Of a stretch of 64,000 bases of DNA, positions 13,294 to 27,289 are shown piece by piece; the stretch's first letter is position 1; the number at the start of each line of letters is the position of its first letter. Origin of the DNA: Camelus ferus (lineage: Eukaryota). The position numbers and the translations under genes were made by a program. The stretch is taken from the NCBI RefSeq assembly GCF_009834535.1, contig NC_045697.1, positions 48,672,001-48,736,000 of the forward strand, written 5' to 3'. Below the pieces are notes generated by a model. It had not been told where the DNA came from. It worked only from the letters and a program-made list of their open reading frames with translations, and did not search any database.

Positions 13294-13852
13294 TGTAAGC
13301 ATTAGTTAACATGGCTGATTATGTCATGAAATTAGTTCATGGCTCTCCAGGCCCACAGGCTAACATATGACCCACAGGTCTTTGTGATTCTTATCCGCAC
13401 TAGATCCCACTCCAGATCCACACTCCTCAGCCCTGCTCTGTGTCTATGGAAGCTGAACCCCTCTGGATGCGGCATCCACTGGGCTCCCTTGCCCCCTGGG
13501 TTTGGTCACTGGGGGTCATGGGCAGGAAACTGGAAGGTGGGAGGAAGAAGAAACTGGGGACTTTATCCCAGGCTCCCTCCTTGCCAGGCAGTGGTGGCCA
13601 CATCCTATCCCCCCAGGCCTCAGTGCTGTAGGACTCAGTGTTCTGATAAGGTGTTCTGATAGGCCTGCATTCTGATAAGGCCCCTTCCTCCTGCTCCTGC
13701 CAGTCCAGAGGCAGTAATGGCATCCCCTGGGGGACAGAGGGGCCTTGTTATACCTTTATAGTGTCCCATAATCCCTCCCACACCTTTCTGGAACTTTCTT
13801 CCCTTACCCCTTTTGATTGAGCCATCTACTGCCTGTTAGTTCCCTGACAACA
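13294..13852. mobile_element. LTR33-like ERVL solo LTR, flanked by L2-like remnants
   Basis: ccctgctctgtgtc...ctgggctcccttgccc...gggtttggtcactggg, recalled as LTR33-like. Confidence 0.55.
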
Positions 13853-15329
13853 CACTTTTCTAATATTTCCTACAAGTCACTATTTTTACAAACACCAAGC
13901 AGTCACTCTGTGCTCTAGACATACCAAGCACATGTATATCAGTTCTTGGACATGCCGTGGTCTGTCTTGATTTCTTCCATGGCATTCCTTCTAAATGAAG
14001 ACGCCCTTCCCCTCTTAGACCACTTGGAATTGAGAAATTCTTCTAGACTCCATTCAAGCGCCACTTGTGTGCAGTCCTTCCTGACCTCACCTGTCCTCAC
14101 GGCTCTGCGTGTACGGCTGTGCTGCAGCACGCTGGATGCAGTCGCTGCTTCTGCACTGGTTCTGCTCACTACCTGGCAAGTTCCTGGAGGGAGGGCCCGT
14201 TTCCAGCCAGCGTTCAGCCCTAGCTCAGGTAGCGCCTAGTATTTGACAGGTTCTTGTTAGCTGTTTACTGAGTGGAACCAGGAAAGTGGAAAGGACAGCA
14301 CATTTGAGACAAGTACAGTTAGACAGTTTCTAAGTGAGGAAGCGATGGCTCAGTGCATTTACACAAAGAGGGCACTCGCCAGAGAGGGGCTGCCGAAAGT
14401 TCCTGGATGCTCAGAGTCACATGCCTAAAGCTTACCATCTAGATGTCTCATCCTTTTAAAATCTACTCGAAAAAAGCCATCTTTCCTTTGCATGCAGTAC
14501 ATTAGGAGAGATAATTGGGAACCCCCAGAGAGCACTGAGAGGGAGAGCTGAGGCCAGGAGCTGGAGCCCCTGGTTGGCCGGAGCACCCAGTTTTTGGGCA
14601 TGGATATGAAAACCAGTGAGAGCTAGTTTACTGTCTGACCTCCCTTGGTACGTTTGTTCCATGAGGGTGGGGGTCTATCTGCTTTGTTCACAGAGTATCC
14701 CCAGTGTCTGGACCAGTAAGTGGCACATACTGGACATGAGGTAAACTTCTGCTGTGCAGATGAGCAGATGAAGAATGCTCTGTACCTATGGACTTAAGTC
14801 CAACGAGGTGCATAATACCGGGGGCGGCAGCTGGACTCCTCCTACCCTGGCTCCACTGCCCACTGGTCTGTGGTGAGGACTCAACAGGACTCACCTCAGG
14901 CGTGTAAGCCCACAGCGCCTGGTGTGGGGGGAGCGCTTGGATTCACCCCGGCAGCACCACCGCTCACTCCAGGAAGGGGTGCAGTGCCCTGCAGCCGGAG
15001 CTCATGCTCCTGCACCCCCTCTGCGTCCCCAGCAGCTTTGTTGTCCCTCTCTCTTGTTTTTTAATGTCATCATGCTTTTATCTTTCCTTTTTCTGGGATA
15101 GGAAGGAAGGAAGGGAACTCTGGCACCCATGTTTCTACTTCCCTAAGTGTTCCCCGAGGCTGAAGTGTCAGCACGACATCCTGGGGTGGAAGATGCCTTC
15201 TTCTCTGCTCCCTGCTTATCTGTACGTTGCGCTCTCTCCCTGCCCCAAAGAGATGGTGACCTTCTCCAGGAGGGCTCCTGCCTAATCGTACTTCTCTGTG
15301 TACACAGGCTCAGAGGCTAGGCCACCTAC

Positions 15330-15602
15330 CCTTTCCTCGTCACTGGCATCTTCACCAAGGCCGCTGAGGACATTCTCCACGCGGGCCAGGCGCCCCGAGA
15401 GGGAGAGCAGCAGGTTCACGACCTTGTCCAAGTCCCCAATGAACATCTTGTACTTGTCAATCTCGTTGGGCTTGCAGAGCTCGCCGATCCAGGCCCCCAC
15501 CTCCTCCCCCAGGGCATTGTTGAGCTTGATGTCCATGAGCAGGCTCCCCTTCGCCTCCTGGAGGGTCTCCAGCTTGTGGGTGAGGCTCGCAATGAGCTCT
15601 GC
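15330..15602 (-). CDS. SHROOM3: SHROOM3 exon 10 equivalent, 273 bp (ASD2 ROCK-binding core)
   Basis: Acceptor tctcgttacag|G and donor AAGG|gtaggt. Encodes AELIASLTHKLETLQEAKGSLLMDIKLNNALGEEV...MFIGDLDKVVNLLLSLSGRLARVENVL. 91 codons. Confidence 0.97.
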
Positions 15603-15914
15603 CTGTAACGAGACACAGCAAGAATGAGCCAGCTTGAGTGGTCAGTGGAAGGCGGATCCACTTCTCCCAGCTGCATCCTTCCTGTCTTGTCTTTGAGGCT
15701 CAGCTGAAGGCCCCCCTCTATTCCTTACAGACTGCCCCGCTCAACATTAAGCCACGATCTTTCCTTTCCCTGAATGTCTACCACTGCCTTTCCCTGAACC
15801 TGTTCTACTCTGTCCTCGCAGGCCCATGCTCCATGACACATCGTCTCGGAATGTTTTCCAACTGTGTCCGGCCGGGCACAGCTCTGCCTTCCCAACTGGT
15901 TTGTTAACTACTCA

Positions 15915-16280
15915 CCTTTAAAAGTCTTCTCAAGACATGTTCTCGTTTGAACCTCACAACAATACCAGAGCCCAGTAGGGTAAATATTCTTGTTTTACAA
16001 ATAGAGAAACCCAGAGTCAAAGGAATTAAGGGACTTGCCCAAGAGCACAGAGCTGAGTTGAGTATTAATCACAGATACCATCTGTAGAGCAATTACTATG
16101 TGCCAGACACTGTACGAGAACCTGTGGATCATGTCATGTAGTCTTCCCAGCAGTCTCGTAGTAGATACTGCTTTAACCAAATCGGACAACAGGCGAGGAA
16201 ACTAAGACTTAGTGAGGTGAAGTGAGGCTAAGACACGTGCACCCCAGGGGGGCTGCCGTGAACTCAGGTCAGCAGGACTC
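15915..16280 (-). mobile_element. Two adjacent MIR relics
   Basis: ttttacaaatagagaaacccagag...gacttgcccaag; tactatgtgccagacactgt...gaggaaactaagacttagtgaggtgaagtga. Confidence 0.75.
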
Positions 16281-19149
16281 CGGGGGCCGCCCTTGTACAG
16301 TCACTGTAAATATCCACGCCAAGACTGCTGTCAGAACTCAGCCCCTCATCCTGTCCACTGCACCCACAGTCTCCAGTTCCCAGAGCCATGTAATTTGCCA
16401 CCTTACTTACAAATTTCTATACATATAAAACAATTACACAAACACCCACTATATTTAGCTGAAGGGGTGAAGTAGAGGTCTTAGTTTGACTTCATTGATA
16501 GGAAGTGTCCACTACTACCTCGCTGCAGGAGAAATAAGACTCCATGGCTTTTTAGATTAGTCCTTCATTTTTCTCTTCACCTAAGGTAGCCGGATGGAAA
16601 AGGAACATAATCTTTTTTTGGTTAAAACCTATTTCTTTACCACTAAGAAGGTTCCAGCTCAAAATTGATATGTGTGTTTGTGTGTGTAAACCTAAGCTGT
16701 GTGGCTTCAGTTGGAAACTTGGTAAACAAGGGTCACAATTTCTATGTTAGAGTAAATCTTCATTTTAAAGGAAGGGAAAAATAGAAACATTTTTGACAAA
16801 CAGAATTGAAGGGTACTGATGCCTTTGTCTACTATTTCTTCAACATGAGCACCACAGAATACAATCATCACAATGATACAGGAAAATATTTCTCCATGAT
16901 CTGCCCATCTTTAAGCTGGAACACCAGAGCCACTTCAGTCTAGGTGAGGTTCATAACGTCCTTGACATGTCCAAGTTCTGGCTAAAATGGGGACATCTCA
17001 TTGTCTTCTCTACTCGTCTAATCCCAGAGACCGAAGGGGGACTAAGCACTTCCATCTGCTGCACTGACTGGCTGTGGGCTATATTCTTTGGCTCTCTACA
17101 GGCAGTTTAGTTAAGACAAAGTCGATGTAAAAGACAATTTTGGTAGTGGAAAAAAATGTGTAATGTATATTAGTTGTCCACTGAAGAAAAATGCAGGTGG
17201 GAAAGAATATTGTTTAATGTCATTTGTTTAATTCTCCTTATATTTCCCTGGAAAATATCATTTTCTGAAAAAACAATTCTGGCTGGAAGTTACGTTATTC
17301 GCCTACAAGATGATCTGCTAGGGACCTGCAGCAAAACGCCCGGTGGGACGTGACGATCTTGCACTGTGGAAGAGGGCACAAGGATACCAGAACGGAGAGC
17401 AAGAGGGAAAACCAAGATGTCTGCCATCACGTCTCCCAACATCCCTGCAGGGCAGGGGCAGGACGAGTCAAATGTCACCATTCCTGTCTTTCAGACAGAT
17501 AATGAGAGAGACTGACGTCTACATGAAGTCAGCCTGGGAGCTGTTCGCCTCACAGCTTCATTTCCTAGGCTCTCCACTCTGTCACCAGATGGCACCGCCT
17601 TATAGAAAACCAGGTTAGAGAGAATTCAAAGAGGTAGTTCACTGAGCAACAACACTCTCATCACCTCAACCCCAGGAAAAAGCCTTCCTCTTATTCAGGT
17701 GCTTTGGGATCCATTTCAATCTCACCTCTCCAGAAGTACAGCTTCTAGAAGCAGCTTAAAAAAAAAAAACAAGAGTAGAAAAGAATAGAAGGGAACAGTT
17801 GTATGGTTTCCATTATTCCTATAAACATGACTTCTTTTGAAACTAATATTGTGTGTCATTTCTGGAAGGAACTCAAAGAACTTAATAATGCAATTGATAT
17901 CATTTAAAAAATGCCCATTACGGCTCTCAGTAGCTGGCATTTTAAGGGACAGGTGTGATGATTTTTAATTTGCAAACGAGTAGAAAGCAGTGTGGCTATG
18001 TCTGTCCTCACACGTTGGGGTGGGTGGTGAAGGGAGGGGAGAACTCTGCCCCTGAGTTTCCACTGAACTCGGCTCACTAACTTTCTCAGGCTCCTTCAAT
18101 CTAAGTAGGGCTTATAATGTCCTTGACATGTCCAAGTTCTGGCTCTAATTAAAGGTGACGGGGCAGCCGTGCTAGAAGGGCAGGCGCCACGTGAGCGTGG
18201 TTCAGTGGGGAAGGACGGGTCAAAGAATGTGACACAGCTGAAGCGCCGTCAGGGTTCAGCTCGAACCCACTCAGTCTTTCCCCTGCAGACCTTGTTTTGG
18301 TTTTCAGAGACATCACTGCAGGCAGAACTGTAAACCTATCTGCACAGGAGCTGGTGTGTACCCTGGGCTTCATGGGACAAGGAAGAACAGAATGGGAGGA
18401 AGATGCCTAGGAGTGGTCCAGGGAGGCTTCTGTGAGAAGAAGCAACATACATGTTGTGGCATTTTGACATCTAAAAGTTGTTGGCTGGGCTGTCACGGGA
18501 CACATCACAGCTCAACCATATCTGCTAATATTAGTGTTACCAGGAGTAGTCACTCCTGGCCCAAAGGTTGCACATTTGGATGGTATTTGAATTTTTTAAT
18601 TTTACCAAGCCCTTAAAATATGGGGACTTGGATTTTAAAATGCAGTTAAGAGGGATCTGAGTAACTGAAGGCAACAAGAGAAAGTTGGCTGTACCAGACA
18701 GCCATTTCTCTGCCAGGCAGATCTCTCCAAAAAAACAGCCAACTTACACCTGATAGAATTCAATGGGGAAGAGAGAAGAGGTGTTTTGATTTTTTTTTTT
18801 TTAACAACATGCTAGTCTTTCAGGAGCTAGTTAATTTGCAAAATCACTGACATTTATTCACTTCTCATCTGGCATAAACTGTTAACTTGCCTCGCATGAG
18901 ATGCTATTTATAAGGGTTTTTTCTCCAAACATAGCTTAACAGATCCTCCCGCCCACCTCACCATCTGCGCACAGAAACTTTGCTGGGCCCCTTCCCACCT
19001 CCTCACTGCTCCAGCTCTGGCTCTGGCTCTGGCTCGCACACTGACCAGGAGTCAGGAGACCTGGCTCTGACAGAACACTCACCATCAGGCTGTTGTCTGT
19101 TTTTTCATCCACAGCAAGGGCATCCGAATACCTGCCTAAAACTAACAGT

Positions 19150-19445
19150 TATGTTTAATCACTGAGCACTTTCTCCACACCAGGCACCATTTAGGAGTTT
19201 TCCTATTCAATGACTACTCACAACCACGCTATGGGATGGGTGCTGTCACTAGTCCCCTTTTACTGACGAGGAAAGTGAGGCGACGGAGGCTATTTGACTT
19301 GCCCAAGCTCAGGCAGTGCCAGGCTAAAATCCAAGTCGTCCGGCTGCAGGGTTCAGGTTTCACCACTACATTAAAGCAGCTCAGAGGAACACTGTGAGGC
19401 TCAAATAAAACAAAGTGTGTGCAGGCACTTTGGAAAATGTCAAAG
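19150..19445. mobile_element. MIR relics
   Basis: actgagcactt...caccaggcacc...tttactgacgaggaaagtgaggc...gacttgcccaag. Confidence 0.7.
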
Positions 19446-20069
19446 TACTACACACATTCACGTTACTGTTTTGTGCTATTATTAAGGTCAGGCAATACTT
19501 GAGGAACACACCCCAGTCATTTAGGCAGACGCGCTGAGGGGAACACACCCGACTTCTCCCCACACCAAACCACGCTGCTTCGCCGTCTGCTCTGAGGACC
19601 TTGCCGACAGCATTGCCAATAACATCGCTACAAACACACCACTGGCCTCTACTGCTGCCTGTCTTCGTCTAAACAAGAATAATCCAGGACTCCTAGCTGC
19701 CTGGCTGAGCTGGTAAAAACTAGGACTAGATAAAGGTGTTCAATGCACAGGCTTTGCTGCTGTTTCTTTGATTTGAAACGGGAGGATCCAGGCAGCAGTG
19801 TACGACTGTGTGCTTTAGCTGCACTGCAGTTTCTCTCCTGAACAAACCTCCATCCCTGCTGTGTGACCTGATCAAAGCAGAAAGGTCATGGGAACTCGAC
19901 CGCCACTTCAGATATTCTCTACTACACTCTCTGTCAAGGGTGGTTCTCTGCCATTTCCTCCTGGGAAGACCCGTGACCAGAAAGTTGTCATATTTACTTA
20001 GTGTGGTCTCTTAGTTCAGGTATCAGGAATCTTTGACATACAAGAAAGAATATTACCTTTCTATACATT

Positions 20070-20530
20070 CAACTCAACTCATCCCTCCCTTTCCAAACGA
20101 CCTCCCTGCTGTCCCCATTCCTGTTAGGCCGGTCACCCAGGCCAGGAACGCCGGTGTCAACTACTTCCTCTCTTCCATGCTCCACGCCTGATCTGCTACC
20201 AGGTTCTGTCTGTTTTACTTCCTTTATATAAACGTAAGCCCATCTGTTTTCACTGCTCCGGCTGCCCCTCCCTGAGACCCGTAGGGTCACTTCCCTGGAT
20301 GGCTGCCACACCCTCCCAACTGCCCTCTCTTCCTCCTGTCTGACTCCACACACAGCTGCCAGAGAGACTTTCCTGAAACGTGAATCCACCATGGCTCCCT
20401 CCCTGCTGATGAACCCAGGGGTGGGGGCACACCTGACCTCGGCCAGATGGCTTAAGCCCACTGCAGCCTCTCCCCTACTGACTGCAACAACCCTCCCAGG
20501 ACCCCGAGGAGGGCTCTGTGAGGTTAAGTG
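20070..20530 (+). mobile_element. L2 fragment
   Basis: C/T-rich L2 signature including ctccacacacagctgccagagagactttcctgaaac. Confidence 0.65.
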
Positions 20531-20719
20531 TGGCAGGGTGCTGGGGAGGGGAGCCTGACCTGAATACCACCCAGAATGGGGTGAGTGTCCTGTGTTCTCC
20601 CCTTTGTGTTCTAGCTCTGACCACAGAATAGCCCCTGTGCTGAACTGCACAGAGGCAGGGCAGCAGAAGCACTGAAAAAAGCACCGCCTTCTCTGAGATA
20701 AAGCATGTGGGGAAATCCT

Positions 20720-22245
20720 GTTCTTCCCTCATCTTGCTCCCGCCCACCCCGGTGGCTCTACTCTCAGAGCTGCATGGCACAGACACTTAAAACCCCAAGG
20801 ACAACCCTTCTTTCTTTCACAGGAACTGAGAAAAGGAACCCCTGTCCAGAGACTGGGAGGCGAAGGCCCACAATTTTTTCTCTTGTATCGAGGATAGTCC
20901 TAGCCACGCAGGCTGTTGTTAACATCATGAGAACTTGTCTGTTTCCAGTCAGAGACCCAGGAAAAGGGGCCACTGGGAGCCAGAGAGTGTGGGGGATACT
21001 GGACAGGAGAGAGCGGGAAAAAAGATCCCATAATTCTACTGCCCTAGGTCCTGGCTCACCCTCAAGCCACATGTGTACGGGACAGACCCAAAGCAGCACA
21101 GCAAAGGCTCTGAGACCTGAACTGAAAGGTGCCTGGATGGGTCAGACACATACAGCACAGCAAAGGCTCTGAACACTGAACTGACACTGGAACCACCACC
21201 TAAAGGTAAGGTGGCCTGAACCTAACTACGCTGACTGCCTTCTAAAACAATACACTGACATTCTTCAGAGGATTCCAACAGAACCCAGAGTCTTACAGTA
21301 TAATACTCAAAACGTTCAGAATACAGTATTACCCAATATGAAAAGAACCAGTAAAACGTGAGCAATCTCAGGGGGAGAAGGGTGCTAACCCTGAGATAAT
21401 CCCAATGTTGGGACTATCAAAGCCTTTAAAATGGCTTTTATAACTATTCTCCATGGTAAAAGTAAACACTCTTGAATAGAAAGGTAGGAGATCTTAGTAA
21501 AGAAATAGACACTACAAAAAACTAACTGAATGGAAATTTTAGAACAGAAAACTATAATATTTGAAATTTAAAAAAAATCACTGGCAGAAGGGAGACAGGA
21601 AAGTCAGTGAAACTGAAGATCATTAGAAAATCTGAACTGACAAAACATTTTAAAAAAAAATGAACAAAGCTTGAGAGACTTGCAGGGCCATATCAAAAGG
21701 TCTAATACTTGTCCCAAAAGGAGAAGGAAAAGATTAATGCATAAAAAATACTTGAAGACACAATGGCTAAGAACTTCCTGAATTTGGTGAAAGACATAAA
21801 TTTACAGAATCAAGAAGCTTTGCAAACCCCAATAAGATAAACCAAAGAAAGTCAGGCCCAAATGCATCATAACCAAACTGCTGAAAATCAAAGAAAAAAA
21901 ATCTGAAAGCAGTCAGAGAAAAACAACACATTGCATATAGGAAGAACAAGTATTTAAATGGCTTTCCCATCGGAAACCATGGAAGCAAGAAGGAATGGGA
22001 CATTTTTAACTTGCTGACAGGAAAAAAATAGTCAGCTTAGAATTCCATATCCAGTACTAATTCTTCAGGAATGATAGCAAAATATAGACATTCTTAGATG
22101 AAGAAAAACTAAAAGAATTTGTCACCACTAGACAAATGCCAAAAAAAATAAAATAAAAAGAGAAATGCTAAAGGAAGTTTTTCAGGCTGAAAGGAAGACA
22201 GACCAGAGGGAAACTTGGAACTTCAAGAATGAAGCAAGAGCAACA
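20720..22245 (+). mobile_element. Old L1M 5' region and ORF1 remnant
   Basis: A-rich ORF1-like text (catcataaccaaactgctgaaaatcaaag...aatctgaaagcagtcagagaaaaac...gaaaccatggaagcaagaag, agaattccatatccag), preceded by a 5' region with a duplicated agcacagcaaaggctctga. Confidence 0.8.
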
Positions 22246-24952
22246 GTACTGAGCAGCTGAGAACCATCTGGGTCACTGGTGGTCTCTTGGCAAAGCCAGT
22301 TTGGGGGAACAACAGATTCTTTCTGCCTTTTGAAATATTCCACTAAGTCTCTAAGCTAAAGCCTTTTGGGCCTTCAGAAGAGAGAATCACGGGATCTGGT
22401 TAAGCAGACTTTTGCCTAATAGATACGGCAGAGCTTAACCAAAGAACTGAAAGCTCTGATTATTAAATTGTCTTTAGAGTTTGTGTATGTCAGAAGTTCA
22501 GAAAACAAGTGTTTTATATTTTAAGTAATATTTATATTTACTTAGAATACTGTAATTCATCATCTAGGATATATAAGTAGAAAATAAAGTAGAACTGATT
22601 TAAAATGCTAGTTTCAAGTTTTCAAATATTAATAAATCAGGACTCTAGTTTCCACTGTTAGTGAGTTTCATGCCTAGAAATACATCTTAGGTTATTAATC
22701 ACTTTAAATATTAGGCAATAAATTACTATTTTGCAAAAGTTAATGGAAGGCTATGCTCTTGCCTTAGAACAATCATGATCAAGTATCATGTTTTAAAACC
22801 ATCCTTGGAAAAGCTTGTTGTATACCAGGAAGATAACTGCATTTTCAATTTCAAGCTAAATGTATTCATAGGTGCCTTCAACAACATCATTTAAAGCCTA
22901 CACATTTTTTCTGTTTCCAGGTGAAATATGTAAATGCAAGTGACACGAACACAAATTCTATGACACATCAATAAACTTGTAGTTCATTAAGACAAACAGA
23001 AAATCCCACCGGGATCTTTACTGCTACAGGGTAAAACGCGAGCTCTTCAGCGCTTCACACAAAGCCCGGGTGACTTCCGTGACAGCCTGCCCCCGTGGAT
23101 CCTCCCAGCCTCGTCTCCTGCCATTCAAGACCTTTCTTCTTGGTCTCTAAATTTGGTAATTTCTAATTTAATCATGACTCTTTTTGTTTTACATTCCAAA
23201 ATATCAAACCGCCTGGAAGCATTCCTTCTCAACACACGCGCGCAAGCGCACACGCTCCTCTTAGTTTCTCACACCTCTGCGTCTTCTCCCGCGCTGTCCC
23301 CTTTGTCTTGAACATCCCCTTCTCTTCCTGTCCTGACTCATTCTGATTACTTCAGCTTAAAATGTGACAATACAGGCGTCAGAGCAGTTTTATATAAATA
23401 AAGGAGACAATACAGCACTATGTTAAAAAAAAAAAAAAAAACAGCACCATAGCCCACATCTGGGACTAAGGCGTGCTAAACAAATGGTACCCAGTGTCAT
23501 TTCCTGTGCGGACTAATCCTCTCTTCCTTCAGGTTCGCAGTCTAAAAATACTTCTTGCCACATAATCCCCAGACTGAGAGGGTGATAATACAGTGATGAA
23601 AAAGCAATTAAAAAGTAAAATCAGGATGGGGAGGAAAGAGCAACAAGTAATTTGCCACACTGCTACTGCAGTATGTCTACATGCCAAAAAACAGAACGAT
23701 AAAAACTCTGTAAAATGTTCAGTTAAAGATATCATGGCAGCTTGGTACTTTTAGAGTGTTTATATAGCTCTCTTTGGGATAAATACAGGCAGACTTGAGC
23801 AAGGTGGTTTTCCCCCCAACCCCATGAAATGGGAGTGTTCAGCTGTGCTGAGGTGGGGATGGGCCAGGAGCTGTGCTAAAGCAGGCGTGCACAGGGGGAG
23901 ACCTTGCGCTGGGAGGGTGTGCGTTCCTACAGCAGCTGCACCACGTCAGCATGTTAGGCATGCGCTGTGAGCCCAACGGAGCTGGGGCGGCAGAGGGGAG
24001 AAGCAATACCACTGATAGAGGTGCTTCTAAAATCCCTAAATCCTCCTGCCCCACTGCTCCCTGCTCCCATGGTCTATATCCTGTGGTCTCATTCCAACAC
24101 ATAAACCAGAGTGCTTAGGACACATTATAGAATAGATGAAACGGAATCACAGAAGAGAATTTCTCCTGGGATTGGTATCACTGAGAATCTCTTACATTCC
24201 AGGCTCAGCACGACGCAAGCTTTAACAAAAGAGTCCTTTCAGCAGGCAGGCCTGAGCTGCGCGGAGAGCTGTGAGCACAGGGGCAGGCAGCCCCTCTAGG
24301 GCTGGAAAGAAAGCAGCCAGGCAAGAACTGTCTCCCCTGCAGGCACAGCTGGGCTTAGGTCTCCATGGCATGTGGGAAGACAGCAGCATCAGGGTCATTC
24401 TTAACATGCTGTACATTTAAAATTTCTGTAGGAGCAGCAAATGCTAACAACTAAATTCCCATACTGTGCTTTCAAGCTGTTCACTGGGGTATGTACGGCA
24501 AAGAGAGCTGGGGAGTCTGAAGAGCAACACTGCCTCTTCTCAGAATTGTCTTTGGGTAATTGGTCTCTCTTTCCTTAAAGTTTCTTGATTTTTTGGTTTC
24601 CCTTTGACCATGATACATGAAATGAAATTTACAGACTACTGGCATTGGCTGCAGCTGCCGAGAACAGTGTCGGGGTCCCTGTGTTGGTCCAGAAAGCAAG
24701 GGCCTGAGTTCTCGTCCCAGCCATGTGACTTTTAGGAAATATCTCAATCCCCCTAACCTTCACTTTGGGCATTTGTAAAAACGAAAATGACAGGAGAGCT
24801 GTGAGGCCAGTGCTCCAAGTGCTTTGCAAATTGAGCAAGGTCAGTGATGTGACAGGCCCCTTGCACTCCTGCTGGAAGAGGCCCGTAACCCTGCTAGGAC
24901 CTCAACTGTCTTTCCAAGGGCAGCAGAGCAAAGGTCCCCATTCTCTCCTTAC

Positions 24953-25103
24953 CTTCTTTTCATTGACATCTGCCTGCTCCTCTTCCTCATTCACTTCCTC
25001 TGGCATATCTTTGATTTTATTCAGAAGCTCAGCCTTGGGAGCAGACACACTGTAGTAGGCAGGGCAGTTGACCAACCTGCCCACCGCTTCCTTGTCTTCA
25101 CTC
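24953..25103 (-). CDS. SHROOM3: SHROOM3 exon 9 equivalent, 151 bp (ASD2)
   Basis: Acceptor tttctgacccag|G and donor GAAG|gtaagg. Encodes CPAYYSVSAPKAELLNKIKDMPEEVNEEEEQADVNEKK. Phase 2 in, 0 out. Confidence 0.96.
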
Positions 25104-27289
25104 CTGGGTCAGAAAGAACAAAAAGTACAGCCACACACAGCACACAACAGAAGCTTCATTCCACTACGAGCCTGTCCATTCAGAAATGTGTAAACAAGTT
25201 CTATTCAATATCTTCCCAGAAGTTAGGATGAACTAGCTAAGAAATATTCACTAGTCATTGATGACTACATGTAGGGCTACTGAAGGCAGGCAAACTCGGG
25301 ATGGAAAACCACTGAGGGCAGTATTGGGAAGGGGAGTGGGAGTCAGGACTGTGGAGACTTGCCAGATGACATTTACCCTCTCTGCATGTTTCTCCTTGTG
25401 TGATAAATATCAGAATGAAGCCGACTCCCTGTTTCACAGAATAACAAGGAGGAACCATTACTTAGTCAATGCGAAACTATTTTCAAGGTGCTACACAAAT
25501 CTCAGGTCTGAGGTTAATTATTTTCTACTCCTCCATGGTTACCCACAATCTTTCGGATGCCTACTGTAATTGTTGCTTGGACACCCACCAACTTTCCTTC
25601 TCACGTAAGCCTGAGGCTCCATGTATGCCTGGGAAACCTGGAGCTTGCCAATCAACAACGATTGAATACAAGATGTAAACTCTACTCGCTGATTACACAG
25701 CAAGGGGGTTTCAAGTCTGGAGAGCAAACTGGAAGTTGATAACCTGATAACTAGTGTTCTTTGTTTTACTATAACCAAGCTTCCTTTCAGACTCTATAGG
25801 TCAGATCCTATTCACTGGATAATTCTATAGATGTAATTAGGTTCTCTTGGAGAGGTAACCTTATGACGTTATTTAACATCTAGACCATCATTTTAATAAG
25901 GAATAAAGAACCACCAAAAAGTCATTCTGACTAGTTTCCTATTTGATGAGGTTATTCCTCTAAACAATATAGTTACATTAATTCAGTTCATTGAAAAAAA
26001 TGGGGAAAAGGCCTTCTGATAAATGATTTCCCCCCAGATACATTCACTGCCTAACAAATGGGCTTCTTGGGCATCTGATTAACTAAAACTCGCAGTGGCT
26101 TTCTGCGCAATCTCATGCACAACAGGACAATGCTCATTTTTACCAGAAGGTGGCACCACCTGCCATCCTTTTGAAATTCCTCAGGAAATTCTCGGTGCTA
26201 CAAAAGCTACATGACCATCGGTTCTAAACTTCTGTTCTCAATGATAATGCTAGGAAACACTTTTCTAAGGACGTACTTGTAAATGACTTTGGTCTTCCTA
26301 TGGCAAGTGGTCGGAGAACCACCACCCCTAGTGAACTGACTGGCACATCCATAGAGACTCCTCTGGGGGTCCCACCTGGACCCACTGGACTGCTTTGCAC
26401 ATGGCAGCTGCTCAGGAAATGTTTGCTAAACACATGACACTCGATAAGCCACTTCTCCTCAATTAGCCTCTGCCAAATCTGAAAAAGGAGGGGCTGGACA
26501 AGGGGACTGCTGAGGCCTTGTATCAGGAGAGCTTCCAGTAACATAACAGACAGCTTGTAAGTACTACACAGCTCTTTCCTTTCTCCCCTCCCCTCAACCC
26601 AAAACATGGTGTTCCTGTTAGTCATTTAGTTAGGATCAGCTGGAAATTTCTAAAATGCAAGCCCGAATTTAGATGAAATGCTCCCTGATTTTGTTTAGTC
26701 TAAAAGCCACTAACTGTGGACTTCTAGTCTGTTGATCCATATAGTTTTCACTGAAAATTTAAGAGAAAATAAAAAGCACTCTACATCTCTCCCATAGTTG
26801 TCCTTTAAGGGAATCAAACATGCAAGAAGATACTGCAATACCCCAGGGGAAATTGAAAGCAAGAAAACTACAGACCACTCGGGGCCCTCCCACTGGACGT
26901 GGCTGGGCGCTGGGACACTGCCGGGGGAGCTTCAGGCACGAGGCCCACGGCTGAACAAAACCACGACAGCACTGCAGTTCAGACCTTTCCTGATTTTCAG
27001 GATTTGAGCAAACGTTCACCCTACCTCCTCAGAGTGAATGTCAGTGGAGTACCTCAACCTGTCTCTCTAGGCTCTCACCCTTTCTACAAGACCGCCCTCA
27101 CACCTTGGCCTTGGGGAGGCCTCGGCCGTGCTGACTCCCACCTGGTCGTCCCTCAGCACTGCCCCGGGTGGGGCTCTCTGCGGGGCAGCCCTGGCAGAGA
27201 GCAGGCAGCTGCACCTGTGCTGGGTTAGGGGCACTGTGTAAGCACTGAGAGCACACAGATGCCTTTGCTCACAGGTTCTGTGACTTTGG

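Noticed and set aside
20069..21172. 193-aa and 155-aa ORFs in intron 9
   Set aside because: They overlie L2 and L1 remnants, start at non-ATG codons and show no protein-family features.
21093..21190. Repeated agcacagcaaaggctctga...ctgaactga unit, superficially repeat-spacer-like
   Set aside because: Only two copies, inside an old L1 5' region; mammalian context with no cas genes, so not CRISPR.
23232..23255. Alternating purine-pyrimidine run cacacgcgcgcaagcgcacacgc (Z-DNA-prone)
   Set aside because: Short and interrupted; most likely a decayed (CA)n microsatellite.
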